Shown one piece after another: positions 1 to 9,841 of a stretch of 64,000 nt of DNA (its first letter is position 1; every line of letters starts with the position of its first letter). The position numbers were made by a program, and so were the translations under genes. The notes under the pieces were generated by a model, which had not been told where the DNA came from, did not search any database, and saw nothing but the letters and a program-made list of their open reading frames with translations. The DNA is taken from assembly GCA_963832025.1 (NCBI GenBank), contig CAWHSF010000003.1, forward strand, positions 207,665-271,664, read 5' to 3'. Source of the DNA: Candidatus Nomurabacteria bacterium (GTDB lineage: Bacteria; Patescibacteriota; Minisyncoccia; Phycocordibacterales; UBA9973).

Positions 1-623
1 GCAGCACAAGAATTTATACCAATTAAAGAAGTCCGCGATGGAATAATCGTGTTAAAAAACGACGAGCTGCGGGCGATCGTTTTGGCCAATTCAATCAATC
101 TTTCCTTAAAATCAAACGATGAACAACAGGCAACTATTTTGCAATTTCAAAATTTTCTCAACACCTTGGATTTTCCAATACAAATATCGGTTCAGTCAAG
201 AAGACTGGATATTAGACCGTATCTTTTGCTTTTAGAAGATAGACTTAAGGTGCAAAGTGAGCCATTACTTAAACTGCAAACAAAAGAATACATAGAGTTC
301 ATTAAAAATTTTACTGACTACTGTGGCGATAATGACTAAAAGTTTTTTTGTGGTAGTGCCTTATACCCATACAACTTTAAAATCAGATTCTGGAATTTTT
401 GGAAGTTTTTTCTCTAAAAAGAGTAAAGAACAAACACAAGCAATGGCAGCAAGTTGATTTTGAAGAAAAAAGATCACAATTGGAGGAGAGAGTTGCTGTC
501 ATCCAGCAGGGTCTCGGGCGTTGTGGAATAAATTCTGCTCAGCTGGGAACCGAAGAAGTCGTGGAAGTTTTTTATAAAGTTTTCAATCCGGGAGAAGTTG
601 AAGGAAAAATAAAAGTTGAATAA
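1..623 (+). pseudogene. VirB4/TrbE-like ATPase, N-terminal region split over three reading frames (1-339, 302-457, 399-623)
   Basis: Open from base 1 (AAQEFIPIKEVRDGIIVLKND...). It continues as ...MTKSFFVVVPYTHT... in the +1 frame, then ...EERVAVIQQGLGRCGINSAQLGTEEVVEVFYKVFNP in the next +1 frame. Contiguous with the ATPase ORF at 616. Confidence 0.5.
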
Positions 624-2478
624 AAATATGATGGAATTTTTTAAAAAATTATTTGGTAAGAAAACATCCGCCAAAAAAGACGAGGCACAAATTTCCACTT
701 TGGCGGTTTTACCGGAAGAAATTTACAAATCTGCCAACCTGGAACTCCAGGATATCATTGCGCCATCAGCCTTAAAAATTGAATCTAAATCAATAAATTT
801 GGGCGAAAAAATTGCTCGCACTTTTTTTATCATATCTTATCCGAGATTTTTGAATGATAATTGGTTTTCTCCGATAATAAACTTGGATAAAGTTTTTGAT
901 ATTGCGATTTTTATCCATCCGATAGACACCTCGCTCATGCTCCGACAATTTCAAAAAAAGGTGGCCGAAGTGCAAAGCCAGATAAGCGTGCGTGAAACAA
1001 AAGGCATGGTACGTGACCCGATGCTTGATACCGCCTACCAAGACTTGGAAGGCCTGCGTGACAACTTAATTCAAGCGCAAGAAAAAATGTTTGATGTCGG
1101 TGTTTACATCACAATTTATGCGGACAACGAAATGGAACTTTTCAAAATTGAAAATGAAATAAAATCAATGTTGGAATCAAAGCTTATTTACATCAAACCA
1201 GCGCTTTTCCAACAAGAAGAAGGTTTTAAAAGTGTCATTCCGACAGAAACAGACTTATTGAACATTCATCAAAAATTAAATTCAGAGCCGCTTTCCAGTG
1301 TTTTTCCATTCATTTCTTCCGACCTGACTTCCGACAAAGGAATACTTTACGGTATCAACCGAACAAATTCCAGTTTGGTTATTTTTGATAGATTTTCCTT
1401 GGAAAACTACAATTCCGTAACCTTTGCCAAGTCCGGTTCTGGAAAATCTTATGCGACAAAATTGGAAATATTGAGGTCTTTGATGTTTGATACTGACGTC
1501 ATTGTGATAGACCCGGAAAGGGAATACGAATTTTTGGCTGAAGCTGTGGGCGGAAGATATTTTAATATTTCTCTTTCTTCGGAACACCACATCAATCCTT
1601 TTGATTTGCCGATGCCCCGCGAAGACGAAACAGCTGAAGATGTGTTACGTTCAAATATAATAAATTTGGTTGGACTTTTGCGTTTGATGTTGGGTGGACT
1701 CACTCCAGAAGAAGATTCCATGGTGGACCGAGCCATTTCGGAAACTTATGCGATGAAAGATATTACTCCGGAATCAGATTTTTCAAATATTGATCCTCCG
1801 CTTCTTTCCGATTTTGAAATGGTACTTTCCGGAATGGACGGAAGTGATTCCGTGGTGCAAAGACTGGTGAAATATACACGTGGCTCTTGGGCAACATTTT
1901 TAAACAGACCATCCAACGTAGACATTAATAAAAAATTCGTGGTATTTTCCGTTCGCGACATGGAAGACGAATTAAAACCAGTTGCCATGTATATCGTCAT
2001 GCATTATATTTGGACCGAGGTACGCAAAAATCTAAAAAAGCGTTTGCTCGTAGTGGATGAAGCTTGGTGGATGATGAAATCTGAAGACACCGCATCATTT
2101 TTGTATTCCATCGCCAAAAGAGGCAGAAAATATTATCTCGGCCTTTCCACCATCACCCAAGATGCGGCTGATTTTATGAAATCTCCATACGGAGTACCGA
2201 TAATCACCAACTCTTCTATCCAGCTTTTGTTAAAACAATCACCAACCACAATCGATATCTTGCAAAAAACTTTCAATCTGACGGATGAAGAAAAATATTT
2301 GCTTTTGGAGTCAAATGTTGGGGAAGGAATATTTTTTGCCGGACTAAAACACGTCGCGATAAAAATAATTGCTTCTTATACCGAAGACCAAATTATTACT
2401 TCCGACCCTTCTCAAATATTATCGAATAGAAAAGCTAAACAAGAACAGGAAGTAGCCGAAGAAGGGGGTAAGGTTTAA
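616..2478 (+). CDS. virB4: VirB4-like type IV secretion/conjugation ATPase (ATPase portion)
   Basis: 620-aa ORF; Walker A AKSGSGKSYATK; Walker B LLVVDEAWW; VirB4-like middle region YPRFLNDNWFSPII. Confidence 0.75.
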   Translation: MNKNMMEFFKKLFGKKTSAKKDEAQISTLAVLPEEIYKSANLELQDIIAPSALKIESKSINLGEKIARTFFIISYPRFLNDNWFSPIINLDKVFDIAIFIHPIDTSLMLRQFQKKVAEVQSQISVRETKGMVRDPMLDTAYQDLEGLRDNLIQAQEKMFDVGVYITIYADNEMELFKIENEIKSMLESKLIYIKPALFQQEEGFKSVIPTETDLLNIHQKLNSEPLSSVFPFISSDLTSDKGILYGINRTNSSLVIFDRFSLENYNSVTFAKSGSGKSYATKLEILRSLMFDTDVIVIDPEREYEFLAEAVGGRYFNISLSSEHHINPFDLPMPREDETAEDVLRSNIINLVGLLRLMLGGLTPEEDSMVDRAISETYAMKDITPESDFSNIDPPLLSDFEMVLSGMDGSDSVVQRLVKYTRGSWATFLNRPSNVDINKKFVVFSVRDMEDELKPVAMYIVMHYIWTEVRKNLKKRLLVVDEAWWMMKSEDTASFLYSIAKRGRKYYLGLSTITQDAADFMKSPYGVPIITNSSIQLLLKQSPTTIDILQKTFNLTDEEKYLLLESNVGEGIFFAGLKHVAIKIIASYTEDQIITSDPSQILSNRKAKQEQEVAEEGGKV

Positions 2479-2516
2479 TTGTAAGGTTCATAGAGTAGAA
2501 AGTCGCAAAGCTTGTA

Positions 2517-2525
2517 TGGTATAAT
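2517..2525 (+). promoter_or_regulatory. extended -10 box TGgTATAAT, 6 nt before ATG 2532 (leaderless-type)
   Basis: tatggtataat-taaatt-ATG read directly. Confidence 0.55.
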
Positions 2526-2531
2526 TAAATT

Positions 2532-3523
2532 ATGAAATTTAGGTTTCTATTACTGCTTTTAGTTACAATAATCATAACAACAGGTGTTATTTCACCGTTT
2601 AAAGTAAGTGCTTCTTCCCCCAGTGATGTTAGTATATCCACCGTTCCAGAAAACCCAGCTCCAAATCAAAATGTAACTATCACATTGAGCAGTTATGTAG
2701 ATGATTTGGATAGTGTTTTAATAACTTGGACTGTAAACGGAAAAAATTCTAGTTCGGGAATCGGCGATAAATCTTTTTCTTTAATCGCTCCAGCTTTGGG
2801 GCAAAAAACGACAGTCATAGCTACCATTTCTTTATCTGATGGAGATTTAAATGAAACGATACCGATAACCCCAGCAATAATGACCATGCTTTGGCAGGCA
2901 AATGATTCTTATGTGCCGCCTTTTTACGAGGGAAAAGCTTTGCCGTCACCGGACAGTGAAATAAAAGTTGTGGCTATGCCGGAAATAAAAAATGGTTCCA
3001 GTTTTGTCAATCCCACAAATATGACTTATGATTGGCAACTAGATGAAAACAATCGATGCGGACAATTCCGGTTATGGGAAAAATTCTTATATTTATGTAA
3101 GTGATTATTTGGATAATTCAAACAATGTTAGCGTGACAGCTTCTACTTTAGACCAACAAGACTTCAGTGGATGGAAGCTTAAATGTAGCAACCGTAAATC
3201 CAAAAATAGATTTTTATAAAGATGACCCAACTTTGGGAACTGTTTGGGAGAAGCAGTTTCAGATGGTATCAAGATTACGGGAAATGAAATTATTACAAGC
3301 TGCTCCATATTTCATATCACCAAAAGAGTTTAAGAATTCCTTTTTTGACATGGACCTGGTCTTTGAATGGAGCAACAGATTGCCGTGTCATCTTATAGTA
3401 GTAACATTATTGCCACTACAACTGCAAAACGGCATTCATGGAACATCTCAAATAGGCCTAGAGGTGAGCAATATTCACAGCTTGGTCAACACAGCCAGCA
3501 AGGAAATTAATGTAAATTTTTAA
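2532..3523 (+). pseudogene. secreted protein with signal peptide, interrupted by two +1 frame changes (2532-3104, ~3051-3219, 3167-3523)
   Basis: N-terminal signal peptide MKFRFLLLLLVTIIITTG. The sequence continues as IDADNSGYGKNSYIYVSDYLDNSNNVSVTASTLDQQDF in the +1 frame, then (V)DGSLNVATVNPKIDFYKDDP in the next +1 frame. Confidence 0.45.
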
Positions 3524-3529
3524 CATGAG

Positions 3530-3609
3530 TCCCGTTAGAAGTAACTTCTAATAATAACAATGTAATGATAAAAAACTATAAACAAAATAAAATAACTTCT
3601 AACGGGATG
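3530..3609 (+). repeat. intercistronic hairpin cassette, family G copy 3 (3' arm ends on ATG 3607)
   Basis: Left arm TCCCGTTAGAAGT (3530-3542). Proximal complement ACTTCTAA (3544-3551). Distal perfect complement ACTTCTAACGGGA (3595-3607), followed by TG. Confidence 0.7.
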
Positions 3610-4752
3610 AAAAAACTTTTATCGTACTTAATAATATTCATTGCGCTGGTCGCGATATTTGGCCCAACAATAAGAGTAAATGCACAGACATGCAATATGA
3701 ATGGTTATGATGGTAGCCCTACGGGAGCGTGTGATTATGGTGGCACCCCTGACTATACTGATTTTCAATCCACCCAAACTGAATGTAATGCTCAAATTGC
3801 CGCCAAGGATGCAGTATCTTTTATTCCTGACACATATGGGGTATGTACTATAAATGGTTCAGCAAATGCATGTTGGACAAAAACATCCTGTATACAAAAT
3901 AAGGGAACTTTTGCCGGTTACTATAATTTGTTACAGCCCCTTCCTGGAGTAGGCGCAACGTTTAATCCCATAAGCACTCCTGGTCAGCCAACTAGCTTGA
4001 GTAGCTACTTAAACCCAATGATAAATATTTTCATTGGTATTTGCGCAGTATTGGCTGTGATAATGATCTTAATGGGTGGAATTGAATACATGACAAGTGA
4101 ATTAATCTCAAGCAAAGAAGCAGGAAAGGAAAGAATAAGGAATGCTCTGCTTGGGCTTCTCTTGGCCCTCGGTGCTTGGAGTATTCTTAATACAATAAAT
4201 CCTAACTTACTTAAGTCTGATGTAAGTATTCCAGATGCAAATGTAACTACAAATATAACAGCGCAAAATTTTGCAAACTCTCCCTCAACGTACATTGTTC
4301 CTCTTGGCCAAACAGGAAAAACAAGTGGTACAAACTGTGATGAAAATGCAATTTCTACATCTAATCAAACGGCAAGCTCCGGTCTTAATAGTTCCCAGAT
4401 ACAGACACTTGCTTGTATAGGTGGGATAGAAAGCGGTTGTAACTCAGTCGTAAACTACAACTGGAATAATGGATCCTCTGCATATGGGCCTTTCCAGATA
4501 ACATTACAAACAAATGCTGGTTGTTTTGAAAATAGTGTTTGTCAGCAAGCAGCTGGAGTAAGTGGACCCCTTAATTGTGCCGCTGGATTCCATAATGGAA
4601 ATCCCATACCGGGTTCTCTAATTGTGGCACAATGCATGAAGGCTGCTGATAATTTTACCTGTAGTGTAGCTGCTGCCGCGTGTTTAATAAAACAGAACCC
4701 GAACTATAGCGACTGGAACGCAAACGGCAATCTTTCAAAATGCACATCATAA
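3607..4752 (+). CDS. T4SS-pilin-like protein (two hydrophobic helices) with Cys-rich N-terminal part and lytic-transglycosylase-like C-terminal region
   Basis: Signal peptide MKKLLSYLIIFIALVA. TrbC/VirB2-style hairpin IFIGICAVLAVIMILMGGIEYMTSE...ALLGLLLALGAWSILNTINPNL. The C-terminus has E-S...YGPFQI, resembling the SLT catalytic motif. The longest ORF starts at 3565; start 3607 is preferred. Confidence 0.55.
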   Translation: MKKLLSYLIIFIALVAIFGPTIRVNAQTCNMNGYDGSPTGACDYGGTPDYTDFQSTQTECNAQIAAKDAVSFIPDTYGVCTINGSANACWTKTSCIQNKGTFAGYYNLLQPLPGVGATFNPISTPGQPTSLSSYLNPMINIFIGICAVLAVIMILMGGIEYMTSELISSKEAGKERIRNALLGLLLALGAWSILNTINPNLLKSDVSIPDANVTTNITAQNFANSPSTYIVPLGQTGKTSGTNCDENAISTSNQTASSGLNSSQIQTLACIGGIESGCNSVVNYNWNNGSSAYGPFQITLQTNAGCFENSVCQQAAGVSGPLNCAAGFHNGNPIPGSLIVAQCMKAADNFTCSVAAAACLIKQNPNYSDWNANGNLSKCTS

Positions 4753-4768
4753 TTTAACCATAACTTTT

Positions 4769-6154
4769 ATGTCAAAAAGAAATTTTATACTTTTAATAAT
4801 CGTTCTCATTATCATCATCCTTGCTGTTTTTGGATTTTTGTTTTTCAACAAGCCAAGTGGTCAATCAGGAGGGAACACAACTGGCACAAATTTCTTTTCG
4901 CAATTTAATCCTTTTGCAAATGTCAAACCAAAAACACCGGTAACGACACCAGTGCAAACGCCGACAACGACACCAACGACAACTTCAACTCTTAATTTAA
5001 AACTGAAAGAAGTTTCCAGTATGCCAATAGCGGGTTTTACGATATTCAGCAAAGAAAGGTTGGTGCCAGTGGTAACAGCTACGACATCTTCAACCACCCC
5101 GCCTTCGGCACCCCTCCTTAATCAAGGAGGGGAAGGGGGTGGTAATTCTTCTTCCGCAACAAAAAAAACAACTATTAAAACAACCAAGCCAACTGCGCCA
5201 CCGACGGAAATGGCTCTAGCGTTAAGGTATGCTGCCAAGGCAACAGGAAATATTTATGAAACCTTTGCAGACACAATACAAGAAGGTCAATTTTCAACGA
5301 CAACAATCCCTGAAGTTTACGATGCTTATTTTGGAAACAACGGAAACTCGGTGGTGATGAGATACTTATCAGGAGACGAAGAAACGATTGAAACTTTTCT
5401 CGGAACATTACCAAAAGAAATTTTTGGTGCAGACACAATCGCCAACAATCAAATCACAGGGTCGTTGTTACCAAATAATATAAAAAGTATTAGTTTGTCA
5501 CCTGATACATCAAGCATGTTTTATTTATTTGACAGTGGAGACAGCATGATAGGCACAACTCTTAATTTTACAACCAATAAAAAAGTGCAAATTTTTACTT
5601 CTCCATTTACTGAATGGTCTTCCGGTTGGGGAAACAGTAAAATCATTACTCTTACCACAAAACCTACTTCGGGAATTCCCGGATATGTTTATGAAATGGA
5701 TCAAACTGGAAAAAATTTAAACCAGACTTTGGGAAACATTAATGGGCTTACCGCCTTACCTAGCCCGGACGGAAAATTTATACTTTATGGTGACAATAGT
5801 TTAAATTTAAATATTTACAATAAAAGCACCAATACTTCGACTTTGTTGGGAGTTAAAACTCTACCAGAAAAATGTGTCTGGAACAGTGGAAGTACCACAG
5901 TGTATTGCGCTGTACCAAAAGCTATCCCAGTAAACCAGTATCCGGATGCTTGGTATCAAGGAGAAGTTTCTTTTAATGATCAATTTTGGAAAATTAATGT
6001 TGGGACCGGAAACACCACTATGCTTGTAGACCCGATCACAATGCCCGGAGGGCAAGAAATTGATGGAATCAAACTTGCGGTAGATAGCGCTGAAAATTAT
6101 TTATTTTTTGTAAACAAAAAAGATTCTTATCTTTGGGAATTTTCTCTTAAATAG
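4769..6154 (+). CDS. membrane-anchored exported protein with Thr/Pro-rich linker and beta-propeller-like C-terminal part (hypothetical)
   Basis: 461-aa ORF; N-terminal TM LLIIVLIIIILAVFGFLFF; TPVTTPVQTPTTTPTTT linker; TolB-like PDGKFILYGDNS segment. Confidence 0.5.
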   Translation: MSKRNFILLIIVLIIIILAVFGFLFFNKPSGQSGGNTTGTNFFSQFNPFANVKPKTPVTTPVQTPTTTPTTTSTLNLKLKEVSSMPIAGFTIFSKERLVPVVTATTSSTTPPSAPLLNQGGEGGGNSSSATKKTTIKTTKPTAPPTEMALALRYAAKATGNIYETFADTIQEGQFSTTTIPEVYDAYFGNNGNSVVMRYLSGDEETIETFLGTLPKEIFGADTIANNQITGSLLPNNIKSISLSPDTSSMFYLFDSGDSMIGTTLNFTTNKKVQIFTSPFTEWSSGWGNSKIITLTTKPTSGIPGYVYEMDQTGKNLNQTLGNINGLTALPSPDGKFILYGDNSLNLNIYNKSTNTSTLLGVKTLPEKCVWNSGSTTVYCAVPKAIPVNQYPDAWYQGEVSFNDQFWKINVGTGNTTMLVDPITMPGGQEIDGIKLAVDSAENYLFFVNKKDSYLWEFSLK

Positions 6155-6647
6155 TTCCGATATATTTTATGACCACGCGGCGGGAAGGACCAAAACCGAT
6201 TGATTCGGTTTTTAAGTCAGTCGCATCGGACAAAAACTCATGGACAATTCTACGTTCAAAAGCCGACATTGGATCAACTTCAATATTTGATTTAAAGTAT
6301 CTTGCTCGCTCGGACATCATGTGAGCTACCGCACGGACACTTTCTATTCGTTTTTTTTGAAAACCATTTATATCAATAAGAATATTATTGAAGCCATTTT
6401 CTGTAGTTACTTCTGCTTCAACTCCATTTCTGGTCGGAGAAGTTTTAGCTTCAATAATCCTATGAACCAAGTGGTTAAGCGCATGCAACCCTTCGGCGTC
6501 ACGAGAAATAAAAAAATGCGGTTCGCTGACTTCTAAAGAGAACAAAGTATTCTTGGGACCGTCTTCGGTAATCTCAACTCCATTTAGTTTTATGGTTGTT
6601 TTTTCGATTAGTTCTTTTATTAATTTTTGTATTTCATTTTTGTCCAT
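6147..6647 (-). CDS. jag: Jag/KhpB-type RNA-binding protein (KH + R3H)
   Basis: C-terminal R3H-like ERRIVHEFLSD; located downstream of yidC as in the canonical operon. Confidence 0.7.
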   Translation of the reverse strand: MDKNEIQKLIKELIEKTTIKLNGVEITEDGPKNTLFSLEVSEPHFFISRDAEGLHALNHLVHRIIEAKTSPTRNGVEAEVTTENGFNNILIDINGFQKKRIESVRAVAHMMSERARYFKSNIEVDPMSAFERRIVHEFLSDATDLKTESIGFGPSRRVVIKYIGTI

Positions 6648-6686
6648 ATTTTTATCAAAAATTTAATCCGTTGTTTATTTCATCAA

Positions 6687-7463
6687 CTATTTTCCTTTAT
6701 CCATTTTTTCCATTTCTTCTAAAATAACTTTTGACTCCATTTTTACCATTTGAGGATTAAATTCTTTCTTTTTGATATAAATCTGTTGCCCAACCATAAA
6801 CAAATTGCTGGTAATCCAATATAAAGAAATCGCTCCAGAAATATTGTAAGCAATAAAGGCAACTAAAAAGGGGAAAACATATTTCATTTGCATATTCATG
6901 CTCTTGCCAAAACTATCTTGAAAAGAAGGACTCCTCCCTCCGGAAATAACCGGTTTTGGCATAAAATGTGCCTGCAGTGACTGAGAAATTCCAGCCAGAA
7001 TTGCTAAAATCAAGCTTTTTTTACCGATATCGACAATTCCTAGGAAAATCATATTAATGTGCGCGGGAACGTGAACAAAAGAATAAAGCACTCCGTTTTG
7101 AAAATGGATTCCTTTTAGGAAAACATAATACAAAGCAAAAATAATTGGGATTTGGATTAGAACCAAAAGACAGCCGGAAAATGGATTGGTTTTGTATTTT
7201 TTGTAAAGTTCAAAGGTGCGCGTAGCTTGTTCCTCTTTACTTGCTCCACTTTCTTTTATTTTCTGTAATTCCGGAGCAAGAATATTCATTTGAGCCTGAC
7301 TTTCAATGGATTTTCTGGAAAGCGGGAAAAGTATAACTTTCACAAGAATGGTAAGCACTATGACAGCAATCCCGACATCTCCGCCGGGGATAATTGACAC
7401 CAAAAAAGCCAAGGCATTTAATAGTGGCTGATATAAGATAAGGTTCCAGATATGACTAATCAT
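6687..7463 (-). CDS. yidC: membrane protein insertase YidC/Oxa1 family
   Basis: 258-aa polytopic ORF in rnpA-yidD-yidC synteny; YidC-like core helices. Confidence 0.85.
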   Translation of the reverse strand: MISHIWNLILYQPLLNALAFLVSIIPGGDVGIAVIVLTILVKVILFPLSRKSIESQAQMNILAPELQKIKESGASKEEQATRTFELYKKYKTNPFSGCLLVLIQIPIIFALYYVFLKGIHFQNGVLYSFVHVPAHINMIFLGIVDIGKKSLILAILAGISQSLQAHFMPKPVISGGRSPSFQDSFGKSMNMQMKYVFPFLVAFIAYNISGAISLYWITSNLFMVGQQIYIKKKEFNPQMVKMESKVILEEMEKMDKGK

Positions 7464-7493
7464 CCTCTCATTCTATATGAAAACATGTAAAAA

Positions 7494-7709
7494 TCAAAGC
7501 ACAGGGTCAATATGATTTTTTTGCCAAGGATGGCAACGCAAAATTCGCAAAAAGCCAAGATAACTTCCTTTTAATATTCCGTATTTTTCTACCGCTTGTT
7601 TGGTGTATTCGGAGCAAGAAGGATAAAACACACAACTTGGTTTTATAAAAATAGAAATATTTTTTTGGTAAAAATCAATTAATTTTAGAAAGTATTTTTT
7701 TAATTTCAT
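7494..7709 (-). CDS. yidD: membrane protein insertion efficiency factor YidD
   Basis: CVFYPSCSEYTKQAVEKYG...RILRCHPW motif. The ORF is open to 7769, but an internal Met (MKLKKYF) is the likely start. Confidence 0.75.
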   Translation of the reverse strand: MKLKKYFLKLIDFYQKNISIFIKPSCVFYPSCSEYTKQAVEKYGILKGSYLGFLRILRCHPWQKNHIDPVL

Positions 7710-8001
7710 TTTCAATGATTGAAGCATCGTCTTGGTATTTTTTAAAAATAAATACACCCAAGGTGCCAAGAGGGAATTGCTTCAGATGTTTTTCCAAAGC
7801 AATATATCCGCGTCTTCTCAATAAATTCCTTTTAACCGCAAGCCTAGCAACATTTTTTGGCGCAATAAAAGAAATCCGCAAAGTTGTAGAATTTAGATTT
7901 TTTATGTATTTAAAGGTTAAATTATCGGAATTTAAAAATTTTCCTTCTTTAAAGATTTGATTTACCGCCTTTCTGTCGGCTCTATTTTTTTTCTTTAGCA
8001 T
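7675..8001 (-). CDS. rnpA: ribonuclease P protein component
   Basis: 108-aa basic ORF directly downstream of rpmH; RNase P protein-like RLAVKRNLLRRR. Confidence 0.8.
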   Translation of the reverse strand: MLKKKNRADRKAVNQIFKEGKFLNSDNLTFKYIKNLNSTTLRISFIAPKNVARLAVKRNLLRRRGYIALEKHLKQFPLGTLGVFIFKKYQDDASIIENEIKKILSKIN

Positions 8002-8024
8002 TACTTGTCCCGCTAAGGCGTGGA

Positions 8025-8159
8025 TTAAACAGTGAGTTTTGCTCGTCTTTTTTGACGTCTCTTTTTTAAGACTCTTTTTCCGTTTTTGGTTCTAGATCTG
8101 ACCAGAAATCCGTGAGACTTGGCTCTTTTTCTCTTTTTTGGTTGGTATGTTTGTGACAT
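8025..8159 (-). CDS. rpmH: 50S ribosomal protein L34
   Basis: Hand translation gives [44 protein letters not shown] (44 aa). It is below the ORF-track length cutoff. Confidence 0.9.
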   Translation of the reverse strand: MSQTYQPKKRKRAKSHGFLVRSRTKNGKRVLKKRRQKRRAKLTV

Positions 8160-8285
8160 ATAGTAGAGTCTATAATATAATGGGGAATAAATCAATTATG
8201 GAAAATTTTTTATCCACAGATTATCAACATAGTTAATAAGTTTCTTTAGATGTCATCTAAAACAGAAAGAGTATAATATGGAACT
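8160..8285. other. putative oriC segment / dnaA promoter region with DnaA boxes
   Basis: Perfect TTATCCACA at 8210-8218 and TTATCAACA at 8221-8229. TATAAT at 8272-8277 lies 8 nt before dnaA ATG. Genes diverge from this point. Confidence 0.55.
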
Positions 8286-9626
8286 ATGAATACGAAACAA
8301 CTTTGGAAAAATTGCTTAGCGGAAATCGAAACTGGTATATCAAAAGCAAATTTCAGCACTTGGTTTAAAAACACCTCTATTGTAAGAGAAGATACCGGCA
8401 TTATCTATATTGGAGTACCAAATGAGTTCGTTCGTGACTGGCTAATGAATAAATACCACAAACTTATCACCAAAACCATCGCGGATGAATACGAAAATAT
8501 GCGCGCCGTGGAATATACGATTTCTAAAATAGAAAACCTGAGCCAAGAAGTAACCATCACGAAAGAAACTATTGAAAAAGAACTGCCCTTGAAGGATTTA
8601 TACATTAATCCAGAAGATAATTTAAACCCACGCTACCATTTCAATTCTTTTATCGTGGGAACTTTCAACGAACTTGCCTATGCAGCGGCACAAGCAATCA
8701 TAGAATCTCCCGGAACTAAATATAACCCGTTCTTCATTTACGGAGGCACCGGATTGGGGAAAACTCACCTGATTCAAGCGGTTGGGAACTCCATCAAAGA
8801 AAAATATCCAAATAAAAAAGTTCATTATATGACCTTGGAAAAATTTGCGACAGATTTTATAAATTCTCTGCAAAACAACAAAGCAAACTCCTTTAAAGAA
8901 AAATATCGCAAATACGACCTTTTAATCATAGATGACATTCAATTTATCGGGAAAATGGAAAAAATCCAAGAGGAACTTTTCCACACATTCAACACTTTTT
9001 ACGAAAACAACAAACAAATTATTTTTTCTTCCGACAAACACCCCAATTACATTCCGGAGTTGGCCGATCGTTTAAAATCTCGTTTTGCCGCCGGTATGAT
9101 TGTAGACATTTCGGAACCGGAATATGAGTCTCGTTTAGCAATCTTGAAAGTGAAACTGCGAGAACAAAACATTGAATTAGAAGAAGAACTTGTTGAATAT
9201 GTCGCAAGCTCCGTGCAGGGAAATATTCGCGAGCTAGAGGGGAGTTTAAATCTTATCGTTTGCCAATATCGCTTGAAAAATAAGCCTCTAACGCTCCTCG
9301 AGGTGAAAAACTTGTTAAAAAACAACATGAAACCCAAAAAGAATATGGCCATCAAAGATGTTGTAAAAATTGTGAGTGAATATTATAAACTTGAAGAACT
9401 CTCTGTTTATGAAAAGACTAGAAAAAAAGAAATAGTTAAGGCTAGGCAGATTGTGATGTATCTGCTCCGAGAAGACTTTAATGTTTCTTATCCTTTGATT
9501 GGACAAAAGCTAGGAGGGAAAGACCATACCACGGTTATACACTCTTGTTTAAAAATTAAAAAAGATTTAAAGAACGACCCACAACTTTTGCAAGAACTGG
9601 AACAAATAAGGATAATGTTCAAATAG
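8286..9626 (+). CDS. dnaA: chromosomal replication initiator DnaA
   Basis: 446 aa; AAA+ Walker A GGTGLGKTHL; C-terminal DNA-binding domain (...GGKDHTTVIHS...). Confidence 0.95.
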   Translation: MNTKQLWKNCLAEIETGISKANFSTWFKNTSIVREDTGIIYIGVPNEFVRDWLMNKYHKLITKTIADEYENMRAVEYTISKIENLSQEVTITKETIEKELPLKDLYINPEDNLNPRYHFNSFIVGTFNELAYAAAQAIIESPGTKYNPFFIYGGTGLGKTHLIQAVGNSIKEKYPNKKVHYMTLEKFATDFINSLQNNKANSFKEKYRKYDLLIIDDIQFIGKMEKIQEELFHTFNTFYENNKQIIFSSDKHPNYIPELADRLKSRFAAGMIVDISEPEYESRLAILKVKLREQNIELEEELVEYVASSVQGNIRELEGSLNLIVCQYRLKNKPLTLLEVKNLLKNNMKPKKNMAIKDVVKIVSEYYKLEELSVYEKTRKKEIVKARQIVMYLLREDFNVSYPLIGQKLGGKDHTTVIHSCLKIKKDLKNDPQLLQELEQIRIMFK

Positions 9627-9841
9627 ATTTGGTAACTTGTTGAAAAGATGTTAAAGAAAATTGATAAGAAGTGATTTTAAAATTTAAAAATTTTTAAAGA
9701 CAAAACAAATAAAAGTTATTAGACCCAGAATAAAAATAAAAAACAAAAAAACCCCTAATAAATATTACTAATTAAAGTATTCCACTTATCAACAGAACTA
9801 ATATTATTAATAATTTATATATAAAAGATATAAACAAATAT
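9627..9841. other. AT-rich dnaA-dnaN spacer, putative DNA unwinding element / oriC segment
   Basis: 215 bp, almost entirely A/T. DnaA-box-like TTATCAACA at 9786-9794, adjacent to TATTCCACT. Confidence 0.45.
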
